NCBI GenBank assembly: GCA_000165425.1
Contig: CT868052.1
Location: 124,001-188,000, forward strand
From: Paramecium tetraurelia
Lineage: Eukaryota
Direction of reading: 5' to 3'
DNA length: 64,000 nt
The notes beneath the pieces are model-generated. The model was given only the letters and a program-made list of their open reading frames with translations. It was not told where the DNA came from and ran no database searches. The translations under genes were made by a program, and so were the position numbers. Positions 1-13,321 of this stretch are shown piece after piece; positions within the stretch are counted from its first letter, which is position 1; each line of letters starts with the position of its first letter.

Positions 1-1392
1 CATCAATTACTTAAGTAAATTGGCGAAGGTTTAGGGCTCAATAAACATAAATTTATAATAATATGAATAAAACTTATAAAGTAAATAATTCAAATGCCAA
101 TAAATTTAAGAGATAATAAAAGAATTGCAGTTTGAACTGAAAGAAAATGTCAAAACCTATGATTACACATTATTATTCCTAGGTTTGAGTATGATGGTCA
201 TCTTGTTTGCTTTTCATATCTTAAAATAATCTGAATACTTGTTTAATAAACAGTTCTCAAATTAACAACAATATATTTTCTATAGGCTAGAATTTTTCGT
301 TCTGATAATTCCTGCTGCTATATTGATTGATCTCATATTTTCACATTCTAGTTCAATCAAGTTTATTTCATTCTATTTGATATTGGCAATATTAAAATAA
401 ATACTTTAACCATTGACATAGATGTAAAATATAAGAGTTATTTTAACCAAAGTTATAAGCCCATTACCTCATTATAGATAATACTTTATGATATTTGCAA
501 ATATAATAACTCAAATTGGAATACAAGTGTTATCTGTCAATAGATAAATAGTGTCTTCATCTAATATCTTTGGTACTTTATTAAACATTTTTATAATCCT
601 CTTCATCACTCAATTTAAATTGATTAAACAAATTCATTATGTTTTATTAGCTTTAGGATTGCTAATTTTGGCTGAATAGTATAATCTTCCCTAAGAATCA
701 AAAAAACCTTTTTCACCCTTAACAATTGTTTCGATAAATTTCATATTTGAATCATTTTGGATTAAATTTGTTTTGCCTATTATATTCCTCTAAAAAATAC
801 TCTACAAATTAAATTTTAAGTAAGATTATATAAATATTTTAGGATATATTTTTATATTTTCTTGGGTTTGGCTTAGTTCATTCATTTTTATAACAATTGC
901 CCAATATTTAATAACATATTAAACCAAATATTTGAGGGTCACCTAAGAATAATAACTATCTATCTTCCTATGTTATTATACATAAGCTCTTTAGCCATGA
1001 TTTTCATTTTTCGCGATTTTAGTTACTGTAATTATTTAAAATAAAATAGTTTTCTTAATCATATTAACAGTTTCAGGAAAGTAAGGAATGATGATATACT
1101 GCTGTTTATTTTATTCAGTTCATTATTTGACGAAGTTCTACATGTGCATTGATAGAGCCTGGTTGCCTCCAGTAGCTGGAGCAACGATATAATTGATGTT
1201 GAATTATAGTTGGTTTTGTCTGGGACATAGGATGTCATTCAGTAACGTGAAATTTTAAGATGCTCTTATTGGCTCAGAAAGTTTTAACGTAGTATTTAAT
1301 ACCACCTTATTAATAATAAGCATAGTAATTATCAATACAATAATTCTAGTTTGGAGTATTTGCAACAATAAACATAATAAAAAATATTACAT
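1..1392 (-). pseudogene. Possible decayed gene or unresolved multi-intron gene with a signal-peptide-like N-terminus
   Basis: ATG at 1392 opens MQYFLLCLLLQILQTRII.... The frame continues NYIVAPATGGNQALSMHMQNFVKQ*TEQNKQQYIIIPYFPETVN with an in-frame TGA at 1120-1122 and more TGAs downstream. No family recognised. Confidence 0.3.
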
Positions 1393-2575
1393 TGTAAATT
1401 CTAGTAGATGAGTAAAGTCTGCAATAAAAATTTCCAATACAATAATTTAATAATAGAATAATCGATTTTTTGATAATCGTTCAGTTTTCTTAAGTTACTT
1501 TTGCTGCTCTTCATAATATGTTAAATTTATATCATTAAAATATAATTGAATTATTTGCCTAAAGAATTATTTATGAATCCATAATTTTTACTATTGTTAT
1601 TTTAGTTAGATTGTTCAACACAATATTTGAGAAGACCATTTGTTAAAAACAATATGAATTTTATTTTTAACCTTATTAAAAACTATCAAATGAAATCAAA
1701 GATAAAAACAAAGAATGAATCTGATTGAAACTTTTTGTGAATAAACAAATATTTTATTAATATCAATTGATTTCTAAAAATATATTTCTTAAATAATATT
1801 ATGTAATCGGATATCATTCGAATAAGCCTACTTCTATTTTAAATCTTCTATGAAATGGAATGAAAATGTGGATAATAGCAACATCTTCAACATATTGTTT
1901 GATATTTTTCATATATTAAAATTTATTGTAAAGGCCCATTCTCAGCCTATTGAGGCTAACAAGAATAGAAATTATGTTTTTGATCAGCAATTGATATTTT
2001 TAATATATTGAAATGAATGCATATCTTTGTATCAATATTAATAATTTTAATTACATACTCTCCAAAGTTTTATTCAACAATTACTTGTCATGAGTTCAAA
2101 AGTGCATTCATTAAATTCTTTAATGACTAGATCAATAATTCCGTCTGGATAAGCAAATGAAAGAGTTGATACAAATCAACAAGATGCTAATGTTATTATA
2201 GTGTGTAAACCACTGAATTTAGCTTTGAAAAGTTCTCTTAAAGGAGATAAGAAAGGAAACTAATAAAAATTAAAGGTTCTTCGATTTGCTTAACCTGTAA
2301 AATAAACATATATTGTTGAAAATTGGAAAAAATACAACCATAGTTTTGAGGAGGAAAAAGAAACCTGCTGCAAATTATTTTGATTGATTAAATATCCTTA
2401 ATCCTTTTTATGGCAATTAATTATACATTAATATTCAATATCCAAATAACCATTCTTTATTACTGATATTTTTTATTCTAAAGTTAGAGTATAGAGTTTT
2501 ATATAAATTTAGTTGGTTTTTCATAAATATTCATTACATACTACTATTTGTGATAATTATAATAAACTAATTTAT

Positions 2576-3827
2576 TCATTTTTTAAATAATAACAATGGT
2601 ATGATTAGTTTCTTGAGTTTTGAACCTTAAGCCAGATTTTTGTATCTAGTAAATCATATACAATATTTACTTTAAGGAAACGATAAAATAGGCGATGATC
2701 AATATTAATAGAATGCATTTCACTTTATTATTTGATTTTCTCTTCAAAGGCTGTACATTGATTACAGTGGGAACATTGCCAAGGATTTTTGCATTATCCA
2801 AACGCCTTTGTAACCAATCTAAGGTAATAGTCATTAATTCATCGCATTCTTCATCGTGCTATAATTCATGATACCCATTTTCAAACAATTTTAAAGCTTT
2901 TTCTTAACTTTTACAATTTTCAAAGAAATGCACAGAATCATGATAATTGGTTACAGCATCTTATTTTCCATGTAGAATCAACAATGGTTTATTAAATAAA
3001 TGAGAATGACCCTTCATCATTTTCACTTAGGACAATATTGAGGCTGCCATATTCAAACCACAAAATGGAATCATCAATCTATCTCCAAATGAATGCTTCA
3101 ATTGACTATTATTTTTTGTTAAAGCAGTAGGATTGACCATACTATTCACAACCATGTCTTCCAACTTTTTACCAGCAGTTGTAACAAAATTGAGTTTCAA
3201 CCAATCCAATTTACGATCAGAAGGAAATCCTAACAATGGACTTGTTGCTATAACACCAGCAATTTAAATTGCAGGGTTCAACAATGTAAAAGCTAAGACC
3301 ACCAATCCTCCCATTGAATGACCATATAAAAACAATGGTAATGAGGGATTTACTTATTGAATTAGAACCTTGACATCTTAAAGCAATTATTATTGTGTTG
3401 CACATCCTCTGGCACCACCAGAATAACCAAATCCTCTTAAATCTATCATATATACTTCAAATCCAGCCTTGGCATAAAAATCAGCTAACTATTTTGCTTA
3501 GGATATAATATACATGCAGAAATCTTCCTGAATGCTCACCAAATCCATGAATGATTGCTAAGGATGCTTTGATTTAAACCTTTTATGGGAGTAATTTTTG
3601 TAAAGTATAATCTTAATTGTGTTCCTATTAAATTGATTCTGATAAGTACCTTCTCCCACTAGATATTATCTTGTAAGCATATGTGAATTAAATTGAAATT
3701 CTCCCAAAAATTTATCAGGATCATGATCAAACCCTTAGATAATTTTTTCATGCTATACAGCCTATATCTACATGTGTGTTTTGGGATGGAGCACTTCAGC
3801 TTAAGATCCTTCAAAATTTTGATTCAT
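2576..3827 (-). CDS. Alpha/beta hydrolase (Hydrolase_4, monoglyceride lipase/lysophospholipase-like) with C-terminal hydrophobic segment
   Basis: Ciliate-code translation gives IIHGFGEHSGRF, DLRGFGYSGG, nucleophile motif GHSMGG, LILHGKQDAVT and GYHEL. Several ~25 nt GT..AG introns. TGA at 2576-2578. Confidence 0.85.
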
Positions 3828-3880
3828 TATTTATTTAATTAGTCATCTCGATTGATCTGACGCTTAATAATTTTTTATTT

Positions 3881-5993
3881 ATGTCAATTGTATTAGAAAC
3901 CTCATTGGGAGATATAATTATTGATCTGCACACTCAAGTAAGTTTAGCAGCCAAAAACTTCATAAAACTGTGCAAATCCAAATTTTATAATGGGGCGCTT
4001 ATTTACAATGTTTAAAAAGACTACTTAGCATCTATAAAATCTGTAAACCCGGCCACTACAGTTTACAACCAACCCTATTTCGAAGATTAGATCAATCCTT
4101 TGTTAAGAGTATCTCCTAATAAGTATATTTTAGCATAACCAATATGGAGTTGTAGCCACATCTAATTCCAAACCACATGCAAATAATTCAGATTTTTATA
4201 TTTTATTGACACAGAATGCTCCCTAGTTGGATGGCAAACATACGATATTTGGATAAGTTTAGGAAGGCTTTGAAGTCCTCTAACAAATAAATAGAACTCA
4301 CATAGACGATGATGGCAGACCACTTTTAAATATCAGAATTAAGCACACCTATATCCTTGATGATCCTTTTGAAGACATACCCAATATGTTATACCCTTCA
4401 AGATCTCCATCTCCTAATTATAAGGCTGAAGGCAGAATTGAATATGACGAGAAAGTCTTAATTGAAGAGGATGAAGAATAATTACTATAAAAGACTAAAT
4501 AGCATCAAGCTAAGAAAAGAGCTGTTACATTGGAAATGCTAGGAGATCTACCTGATGCAGATATGAAACCTCCAGAAAATGTATTATATGTGTGCAAATT
4601 AAATCCAATAACCGAAGAAAAGGATTTGGAGGTTATTTTTTCAAAGTTTGGACTTATTAAGAACTGTGAGGTCGTTAGGGATTGGAAAACTGGATCATCA
4701 CTTTAATATGCTTTTATAGAATTTGAAACTATTGCAGCTTGCGAAGAGGCATACATGAAAATGGAAAATGTGATTATAGATGAAAGAAGAATTCATGTTG
4801 ATTTCTGTTAAAGTGCTCATTAATAATGGTCATTATTAAAAAAAGCTTAGAGAAAAAAGAAAGAGTTGAATTTATAAAGGGAATTAGCCTAAAGAAGTAA
4901 AAACAAAGATCACAGCTTTATTGAATCACTTGAATTAAAAAAGGATTATTTTCACACTAAAGCTAATAATGATTTTGTTATTGATTAATAAGAATTACAA
5001 AAATTATAAGATTAACAATTACTATAATTGTAGATGTAATTAGATAGTTAATAAAAAATATAATAACAAACGTAATTAAAGTAGGAGAAATAAAAAAAGG
5101 AGAAAAAAAATAAGAAAAAGAGTGCTGAAAAGAAAAATAAAAGACATAGAAGTTCTAGTTAGGGAGAAAGCGATAGTGATAGCTAATCATTAAAAAATAA
5201 AAAATAAAAAGATAAACATAAAAATAAAAATAAACATAAATCATATGATAGAGATGATAAGGATTAGCAAAAGAGAAAAGAAAAAGAAAAACTGAAAGAA
5301 TAAGAAAAGCAATAGGATTTGGAAAAATAAAAAGAAATTTAAAAATAAAAAGAACTTGAAAAATAATAGGAAAAAGAAAGAGAAAAAGAAAAAGAAAGAG
5401 AGAGAGAAAAAGAGAAAGAAAGAGAAAGAGAGAAAGAAAGAGAGAAAGAAAGAGAGAAAGAAAGAGAAAGAGAAAGAGAGAAGGAAAAAGAAAGAGAAAG
5501 AAAAAGAGATAGAGAAAGAGAAAAAGAAAAAGAAAGACTGAGGGAAAAAGAAAAGTAAAGAGAAAAAGATCGAGAAAGAGAAAGAGAGAAAGAAAGAAAA
5601 AGGAAAAGAGAAAAAGAGAAAGAGAAAGAAAAGGAAAAAGAGAAGGAGAAAGAAAAGGAAAAAGGAAAATAAGAAGAATAAAAATTAAAAGAAAGATAAT
5701 AATCAAAGGATGGTGGAAAAAATAAATAATCGGAATCTAATCAGGACAATGAAGGTAATCAAAAAGATAATTCAAAATTAAAATAAGAATAAGAAAAATA
5801 AAATCAAACACAACAAAACAAACCACCTATGAAATCAACTTAAGTAATTATATATTTATATTAAATTTAGAAAAAGAGATAAACCAAGTCAAGTTAATCA
5901 TCGAATGACTCATCATCCTCTTCTTCGTCCTCATCATCATCAGATTCCGATTCTTCATCTGAAAGTAGTTCATCATCATCCTCAGATAAATGA
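3881..5993 (+). CDS. KIN241: Cyclophilin-RRM protein (PPIL4/CYP59 family; Paramecium Kin241p architecture)
   Basis: [16 protein letters not shown]...NFIKLCK and [11 protein letters not shown] (cyclophilin); [26 protein letters not shown]...FSKFG...YAFIEF (RRM); then a long EK/RE region and a C-terminal Ser run. This is the domain order described for P. tetraurelia Kin241p. Two short introns. Confidence 0.85.
5360..5670 (+). repeat. Purine-rich low-complexity coding repeat (GAA/AAA/GAG/AGA) encoding the EK/RE region
   Basis: Almost pure A/G tract that is in frame within the cyclophilin-RRM gene ([13 protein letters not shown]...). Confidence 0.9.
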
Positions 5994-6054
5994 GACATTA
6001 AGATTTGATTCTAGATATTTAAAGCTAATATTAATTTATTTTTCTTTCCTATTA

Positions 6055-6839
6055 ATGGGGACCTGTGGGGGAAAACATAACAATAATAAACAAATTCAAG
6101 ATAATCTAATCTATGAGCCTTCATTACCTGCTGATAAATAGACTCCAATAGAAAAGCTGAATTACATTCTAAGTAATCCAATTATACAGTATCTTTAAAC
6201 TAAAAGGTATATTAAGATTTTATATAGATAAAACTATGATACTCTTATAAATAAATTAGTTTTACAGATGAATATTTAAAAAAGTGAATATTTATCTTAC
6301 ATTGAACTATTGATTGGTCATTTTAAAAAAATTCAAGCTTAATCAGATCCAGTCAAAGAGCTGATTTAGTCAGCTATAACTTTTATGAATTAAGATTTCG
6401 TATAATTCATTAAATTAGAATCATTATTTTGCGAATCCGATTTGCAACTCCAACTGAAAACTTTTAAATTTTTCATTGACTTATACTTAATTTTAAATAT
6501 AATTAAGCCAGAATAAGAAAATGACTCTTGGTTTGATGATTATATAAAAATTTATGAAGAACAATGTCATCAATTTTCCTCATACAATGATCAAACTAGT
6601 GTTTAAATTAGATTGCTAAAACATATTTAAAAATAATTCATTGAAAATCTTCAAAAAGCAACCATTAAAATAAGTTAGTCGTAAAAATAATAGTATATTA
6701 ATGCGATTATTATTTAAGGCACCTAGTAAAATTAAGTAGTTTAAAAGATGAAGTGATATCTAAGAGTACCATATAGAGTGAAATAAATGCTACTCATCAG
6801 GCAAGGCAATAAAATTAGAAATACAAAACTCCAATTTGA
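6055..6839 (+). CDS. Hypothetical protein with N-terminal MGTC (possible myristoylation/palmitoylation)
   Basis: ATG 6055 opens MGTCGGKHNNNKQIQD; open in the ciliate code with short introns; TGA at 6837-6839. Confidence 0.6.
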
Positions 6840-7328
6840 AAAATTATTGCATATTAATATCTAGTTCCATATAAATAATTTATCACCAATTTATCTTTAA
6901 CAAATGTTTAATTTTAATCCAAAAATATTAACTTAGTTTAAATATCTACTATTATTTGTAAGAACTCTATTTATTAATTGGTAATCTTATATTATATAAC
7001 TAAAATTATAGTTATATTTTTTTATATTTTCTGATTTCTAATGTCATTGTTACTAATTCAAAAGCTTATTAGATAATAGAGTGAAATTATTGTTAATGTT
7101 AATGTTCAAATATTATATCTAATAATATTTAATATTCATATATAAATTAATTCATTTATTAATAATAGTCATTTTAATTTGTAAAATAATGAAAATTACT
7201 AATATATTATTTTATTTGCATTAGACTTGAGATATCATATAAAAATAAGCATATGATGATTAATAAAAACCTAATTATACATTAAAGAAATTAATAAAAT
7301 TATAGGTTGGCAATCAATATATAGAAGG

Positions 7329-10300
7329 ATGAATGATGTGGTTAGGATGGAAATGCTAAATATGATTGATTAATAGCAAAGGATGTATTAATTAATAAAA
7401 ATGTTTGATTATTTGATTGAAAATATTTATAATAATGAAGAATTTTTCGATTTCTATGATAACAATTGTAAAATATTAACCTAGATTTAATTTTGCTGGT
7501 TTACTTAAGCAAAAGGATTTAGGGGATGAGAAGCTGTATTTCACAAAGGAAGATGGTAACTTTTTTGATTTCAAGTGATCTAGAAAAAATAATGTCGAAA
7601 TTGATGAAAAAAATATAGGAAAGCAATGAGAATTAAATAGATGGAGATGAAAATGAATAAAAAATACCAAAAGAAGAACTTTAAGTAAAAATAAGTGTAA
7701 TTATATAAGAAAATTTTCAGCAAATATAGAGTTACCTATAATGAAGCATTATTGAAGGAAATATTAATGTGGAGAAAAAATAATTGAATAATCAATATAA
7801 TTATAAAATTAATAAATATTATGAACCAACCACCTATTTCTGTAGATTCAAGTTAAATAAACCTATTAAAAAATTTGGATGACATTGATGATATCTTCAA
7901 TGGATTGGCATAGGATGATGGAGCTTAATTAGATTAAGATTTTGAAGATTTTTTAGAATGTTTTAGTGATGATGAAGATTCAGAAGAGGAATCGAATTTC
8001 AGACCATTTCCAAGTTTCAGAAATGTAACTCCATCAGTTTAATTCTCAACTTTTGCTGAATCGGATTAAGTTATCAAAAAATAAACAGAGGAAAGACTGT
8101 TATTAGCCCCTCCTGGAGATCATCAATTTCCAGTTTATGATGATTAATAATAGGAGGACTCAGTTGATGAAGACGATGATCTATCTGATTTTTTTGATAG
8201 CTTTGGTAATATGAGATGCTAAATATAGATATAAATAACACTCATTAAAATAAGGAAGATGAGGTCAATTATATTGAAATAAAATATTTTGATGAGACTT
8301 ACAAAATTCCAATCTTTACAGCTAAACTATTTGAACCAGAATAGCCTCTTGAGGATAGATTGCTATTTGAGAATACTGAATTAGTTTTATCTAAAACAGA
8401 AATGCATGATTTTCATAAACACTTAGAAAACATTCTGACAAAAGTATTAAAAATAATATAATGAAAGGATCAGAAAAACTTCAATGATTTCACATTCTCG
8501 GTCATGATTTTAAAAATTTAATCTGCCCTACTGGCTGATCTTCTAAAATCTTTTTTAAAAGTAAGGATAGATTATAATAAATAGATGAAAGATTTTTAAT
8601 AAGTATGGTTGGATATCTCTCCATCATTTATCTGTTAAGAGAAAGTAACATAATTTGGAAGACAATTAAAACAGTTTCAAGAATCAGTCAATTATGTCAT
8701 TGACAGCAATTCCAACAAGATTACCAGTAGAAGATTTTTTGATAAATAAAAGCCAGCTTACTTTCAAGATAAAAAAAAAGATAACAAAAAGAAAGAATTG
8801 ACAGAAGAAGAAAAGTATTCATCTTATTTATCAATAGAATATTGGAACTACAATAAATACCTTATAATTAGAACTTTAATCCACAGTCTAGTTTAGTTTG
8901 CATTCTATTCTTTAAAGCTCAAGCTTTATTTGAGTCATGGTAACAATTCTTGCATTACAAAAAGAATTCTGAAAAATATAAAGAAGTATCAACATTACAT
9001 AATGCTTATAGATTTCTAATAGATTTGCTAGACTCTATGGACACTGGAAAACAGTAAAACTATTAAAAAAATTTGCTAAATTTACTCCAAGAACAAAATA
9101 AATATATATTAAACCATTAAAGGGAGATGAAGCATAAGATTTGAAAGAAGAAATAAAATTTTACCAAAATTTTTTATAAATGAAGACTTTAGGGATAATT
9201 AATAATTTGGCTAACTCACCAACCTTGAATATAAATGGTGGTTAATTGAAAATAAAATAATTAAATCAGATAAGAGTACCTTAAAAATAGAAATATATTT
9301 CTTAATAATATCTCAAATATACTTAGGAACTATTTTGAGTTGCTTAATATATTAATTATTTACAATTATTTATATGATTAAGCATCATTTAAAATTCAAA
9401 ATTCCAAAATAAGAAGTGATTTAAGTTAAAAATCAAACAAAATCCTCTTTCTACATAACTAGGAGGATAATTTAAACGAATAGTGATAATGCAATTCATG
9501 TTATGAATAATAAAGTAGTAGATTAAGTAATTAATCATAAAAAAAAAAATCCTGTTTCTTCAAGAGCCTATACTATATCTCATTATAGATCTTATTCAAC
9601 AACTCCCACCAATATAAAAGGATAGTAACAGTCATAAAATTTGGATGAACAAGTGCAATTCTTTAATTCAGAAAGATAATAATCGATTAGCGTATTATCG
9701 TCTTAATTTAAAATCGCTACTTCACCTAAGCCTATTCGAGTTGTGTCACTCTATTAAATATCCCCTTTATAAGAACCTAAAAGTAATCCACTTGTTTATT
9801 AGGATAAACAGTATTTTTATTCTCAATTTCATTCGGCCAAGATAGTTAATTTTAATCAACAAGATTAAAAGTTTAATTAAAATGATGATGATTTTATATG
9901 TCAGAATTCCTTTATTATGAATAAAAGAGCTAAAAATAAATCATAAATATTCGTCAATGTAACTTATAAGGATTTTGAAAAGAAATCAAAATATGTATAT
10001 CAGCAAAATCAATAAGGGACATAAAAACAATAAATTTTTTTGTAAAAGGTTTTGAAGATTATAAAAGATTCATAAAATGATAAATCAGATCCTAAATTAT
10101 TAGTTAGTAAATTTTCAAAAATTTGGAAAGAGAATTTTTCACCTAAATAGTTTTAGGAGTAATAAAAGTATTCATAATCTACAATGCAATTTAAATGGTA
10201 TTTTAATTAGTTCATCGAAAAAATTCTCAATCAGTATCGATTATATTAATATATAAATAAAAATTTAGAATTTATTGAAACAAAAAAAAATAATTAATTA

Positions 10301-11570
10301 CAAGTATCTGTTCATGAATTAAGAAGATTTTATATTAAAAATCACAATAATAAAATTACTCACACATAAATAGAAGACCAATAATTTAGATACAAAAAAG
10401 AAATTATTTCATTTGGAATGTATAAAATAATAAGTAATATAGGTTAGGATAGATATTTTGATTGAAATAAAAGATGAGGAGTTTTAATCAGAATATTTTT
10501 AGTAAAATTCATAGAGAGAAATTGCTGGAAAAAAATTAGAATATTTTTACTGTGAAAAAATATAAGACACTTAATAATATTAGATATCTCCAATAATTAG
10601 CAAATTGGATAATTAATCAAAAAATGAATTATTGTCTGTGGATTATACTGAGATGGATAAAATAATGAATTAAAGTAAAAAAGATTAATTTGTTCCAAAA
10701 ATTTAATTAGATAATGTTGAAATAAGGAGGTTTAATTCTAAAATTACATATATAAAATATTCTGATATTATAATGGGAAATTATAAAAATAATAATGAGA
10801 TTGTTGACCTTGAACACGATAATTATCAAGAATACTAACAATAATAAGCCACCCTGAATATGGATAAAAAAGCTATGATGATGAATCTTAGAAAATAAAC
10901 CCGAAGAACAAAAGTATCTGTATCAAGTTTACAAAAAGAGAATGAAATAATTCAAAAATAATTTATGGCGCCTGGTTATCGTAATAATTTACTTGCTTCT
11001 GAATAATAACCTAAAATGAACATGAAACGAAGTCAAACCAAGTCTATCCACAGTATTGCAGAAAGAGAAATAGATCAAAGTAATGAAATTATTTATACAA
11101 ATGAGACTAACAAAGGAAATGCAATATTTAAATGCTATAGAGAAAATGTATTATGTGTAATTTAAGTTTTAGCCAGTGAAATATTAATAATAATTAAAAT
11201 TGTAAAATCTATAGATGTTTGAGAATACGATGAGGCATGAAAGTTCAAGTATCGCCTTAGTGTAAATGATGATAGAGCACAATTTTATTGAAGAATTGAT
11301 AGATTATAACAAGAAAAATCCAAATTTTTCTCTTAATTCTAGGAATGCTTATGGAACACCATTGATTATGGTTGCTGCTCAATCAGGAAATAAAGAATTA
11401 GTTTAGTATATGATCAATTAAAATGTTTTATTAAATGTCAAAGATGTAATTTTTTGGTTTAAATATAGTTAGAGGGGAACACAGCACTTCATTATGCAAT
11501 TAGGTGTGGATATTATGAAATTGCTGATCTCTTACTATTAAATGGAGCAAATTAAGAGCTAAACATTTGA
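7329..11570 (+). CDS. Large protein with acidic/low-complexity body and C-terminal ankyrin repeats (start uncertain)
   Basis: Long coding-like stretches. C-terminus GTPLIMVAAQSGNKELVQYMI...GNTALHYAIRCGYYEIADLLLLNGA, TGA at 11568-11570. Continuity across all introns was not fully checked. Confidence 0.6.
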
Positions 11571-13321
11571 AATGACCATTATTCATGGAACTAGAATTAT
11601 AAATTACTAAAAATTAAATGAAAATAAATTATTTATTCACTTTTTATTTACTACTTTTATCATTAAAATCTACAATTAGGGCAATAGTTAACATAAGTGA
11701 GCCTATATGTTTTCAAAGGAGAATGAGAATTAGAATGTGGTTGACTTCTTTTTTTTTCAGGAATTTTGCAAACCCAAAAAAAGTCACATTCTTTATTAGC
11801 ACATTATTTTATATTTGGTAAATGAAATTTCATGAAATATAGTTAGTTATCCATCAATTTGTTAATATATACTTCCAAATCAAGTGCTCTTTGTTTCAGT
11901 ATTTACCCATTTTTAATTTAGCTTTTACATAAACAAGTAAATTAAATGCATTATTATTGTAGTTAATGCTTCATAATTGTTGCCAAACAACTTGAATGGA
12001 AACTGTGATGAAATTTATTATGACAAAATAGTTCAACTTTCTTTTCGAATATATATTTATCACAACTCAAACATATATTTTATTGATCTGCAATAATCAA
12101 ACTGCTATACTACTTAGATACAGTTTATTCCGTTGATAGTTGCTATTAAGTCGATTAGGATTTAATAGAACTATTGATAATTTGATCTAATCTCTTTTGT
12201 TATTGATGACGGATTTGCTTTAATTGGAAATTTATATCAAAGAGCTTTAATCTTTATACTCTTTATGGTAAAACCTCCCGAGTAGAATAGATATCCTTTA
12301 ATTAGAGCAATTGCTAAAATTTCTATTGAAATTCATCACTCATGCAATTCATTATTTTAAATAATTGCTAATAATATTTTATTCTTTGGAATTCATAAGA
12401 TTTTCCAATAAATTTAAGTTTACACATAAGTTTTAGAAATCACAAGATTAAATTCATTGATGAACCCAATGTCTTGATTTTGCTATATTACGAAATTATA
12501 GAGAAATAAAATAAGTAGTTTAAATATTTCGAAGCGACCAAAAACAGCATAAGACCTGCAAAAATCAATAATCAAGTTAAGCAAACCCAATTTCTAAAAA
12601 TTTGAATAGTAAAACTAATTTTTATCTGATGATTAATGTTTCTTTTGTTAATCACTATTTATATATATTTATTGGTTTGTAATCTATTTTTAATATTTTT
12701 AAGTATTAATTTATCTTACAAAATTTCGTTCAAAATTTCTATTAGAGCATTTATTTAAGTTATTAAAAAGCATCTTAGCTAAACATAAAAAACATAAAGG
12801 GACTTGACTCCAAAAGAAAATATTACAATTAAGTAATATTTTCTTATTAGTTATTAAATCCAGTTTAAAATTCTTACTAATAGAATTCAATATGTAGGAA
12901 TTAGTGAAAAATTGGCATTTTTATTGAAAATATTGTTGCTATTCCATAGATTCTACAAGTATAAGCAAATCTATTGTAAATAAAGCTCTTAAAAATATAA
13001 AATTCTAATTAAAAATTTGACTACCTCTTTTAAGGAGATTTAAAGTTTACATGTTATAAATTAGCTATAACCAGAATTAATATATTCTTGGATGTTCATC
13101 TGTGTATAAAATCAAGTTGTTGTTTATTTACTTTTTTTTAAGGAGTAATTGATTATTAAATTCACTTATTGTTAATTATTATGCGATAAGTTAGGAATAT
13201 TAATTTTAAAGTAATTGATATAATTAATGTATTTAAGTGTAGTATTTAATGCTTTCATTTATTTTTGAATAATATAGTTGATTATTTGAATCATTCTAAT
13301 TTGTAAAAATTATTTCTTTGA

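Noticed and set aside
3558..3600. Apparent +1 frameshift in the hydrolase (AAAAA run), suggestive of programmed frameshifting
   Set aside because: A 22-nt GT..TAG intron (3579-3558) or a homopolymer error restores the frame, so no recoding is needed.
5155..5706. 183-aa Phe/Leu-rich 'membrane protein' ORF on the minus strand
   Set aside because: Antisense shadow of the purine-rich EK repeat of KIN241.
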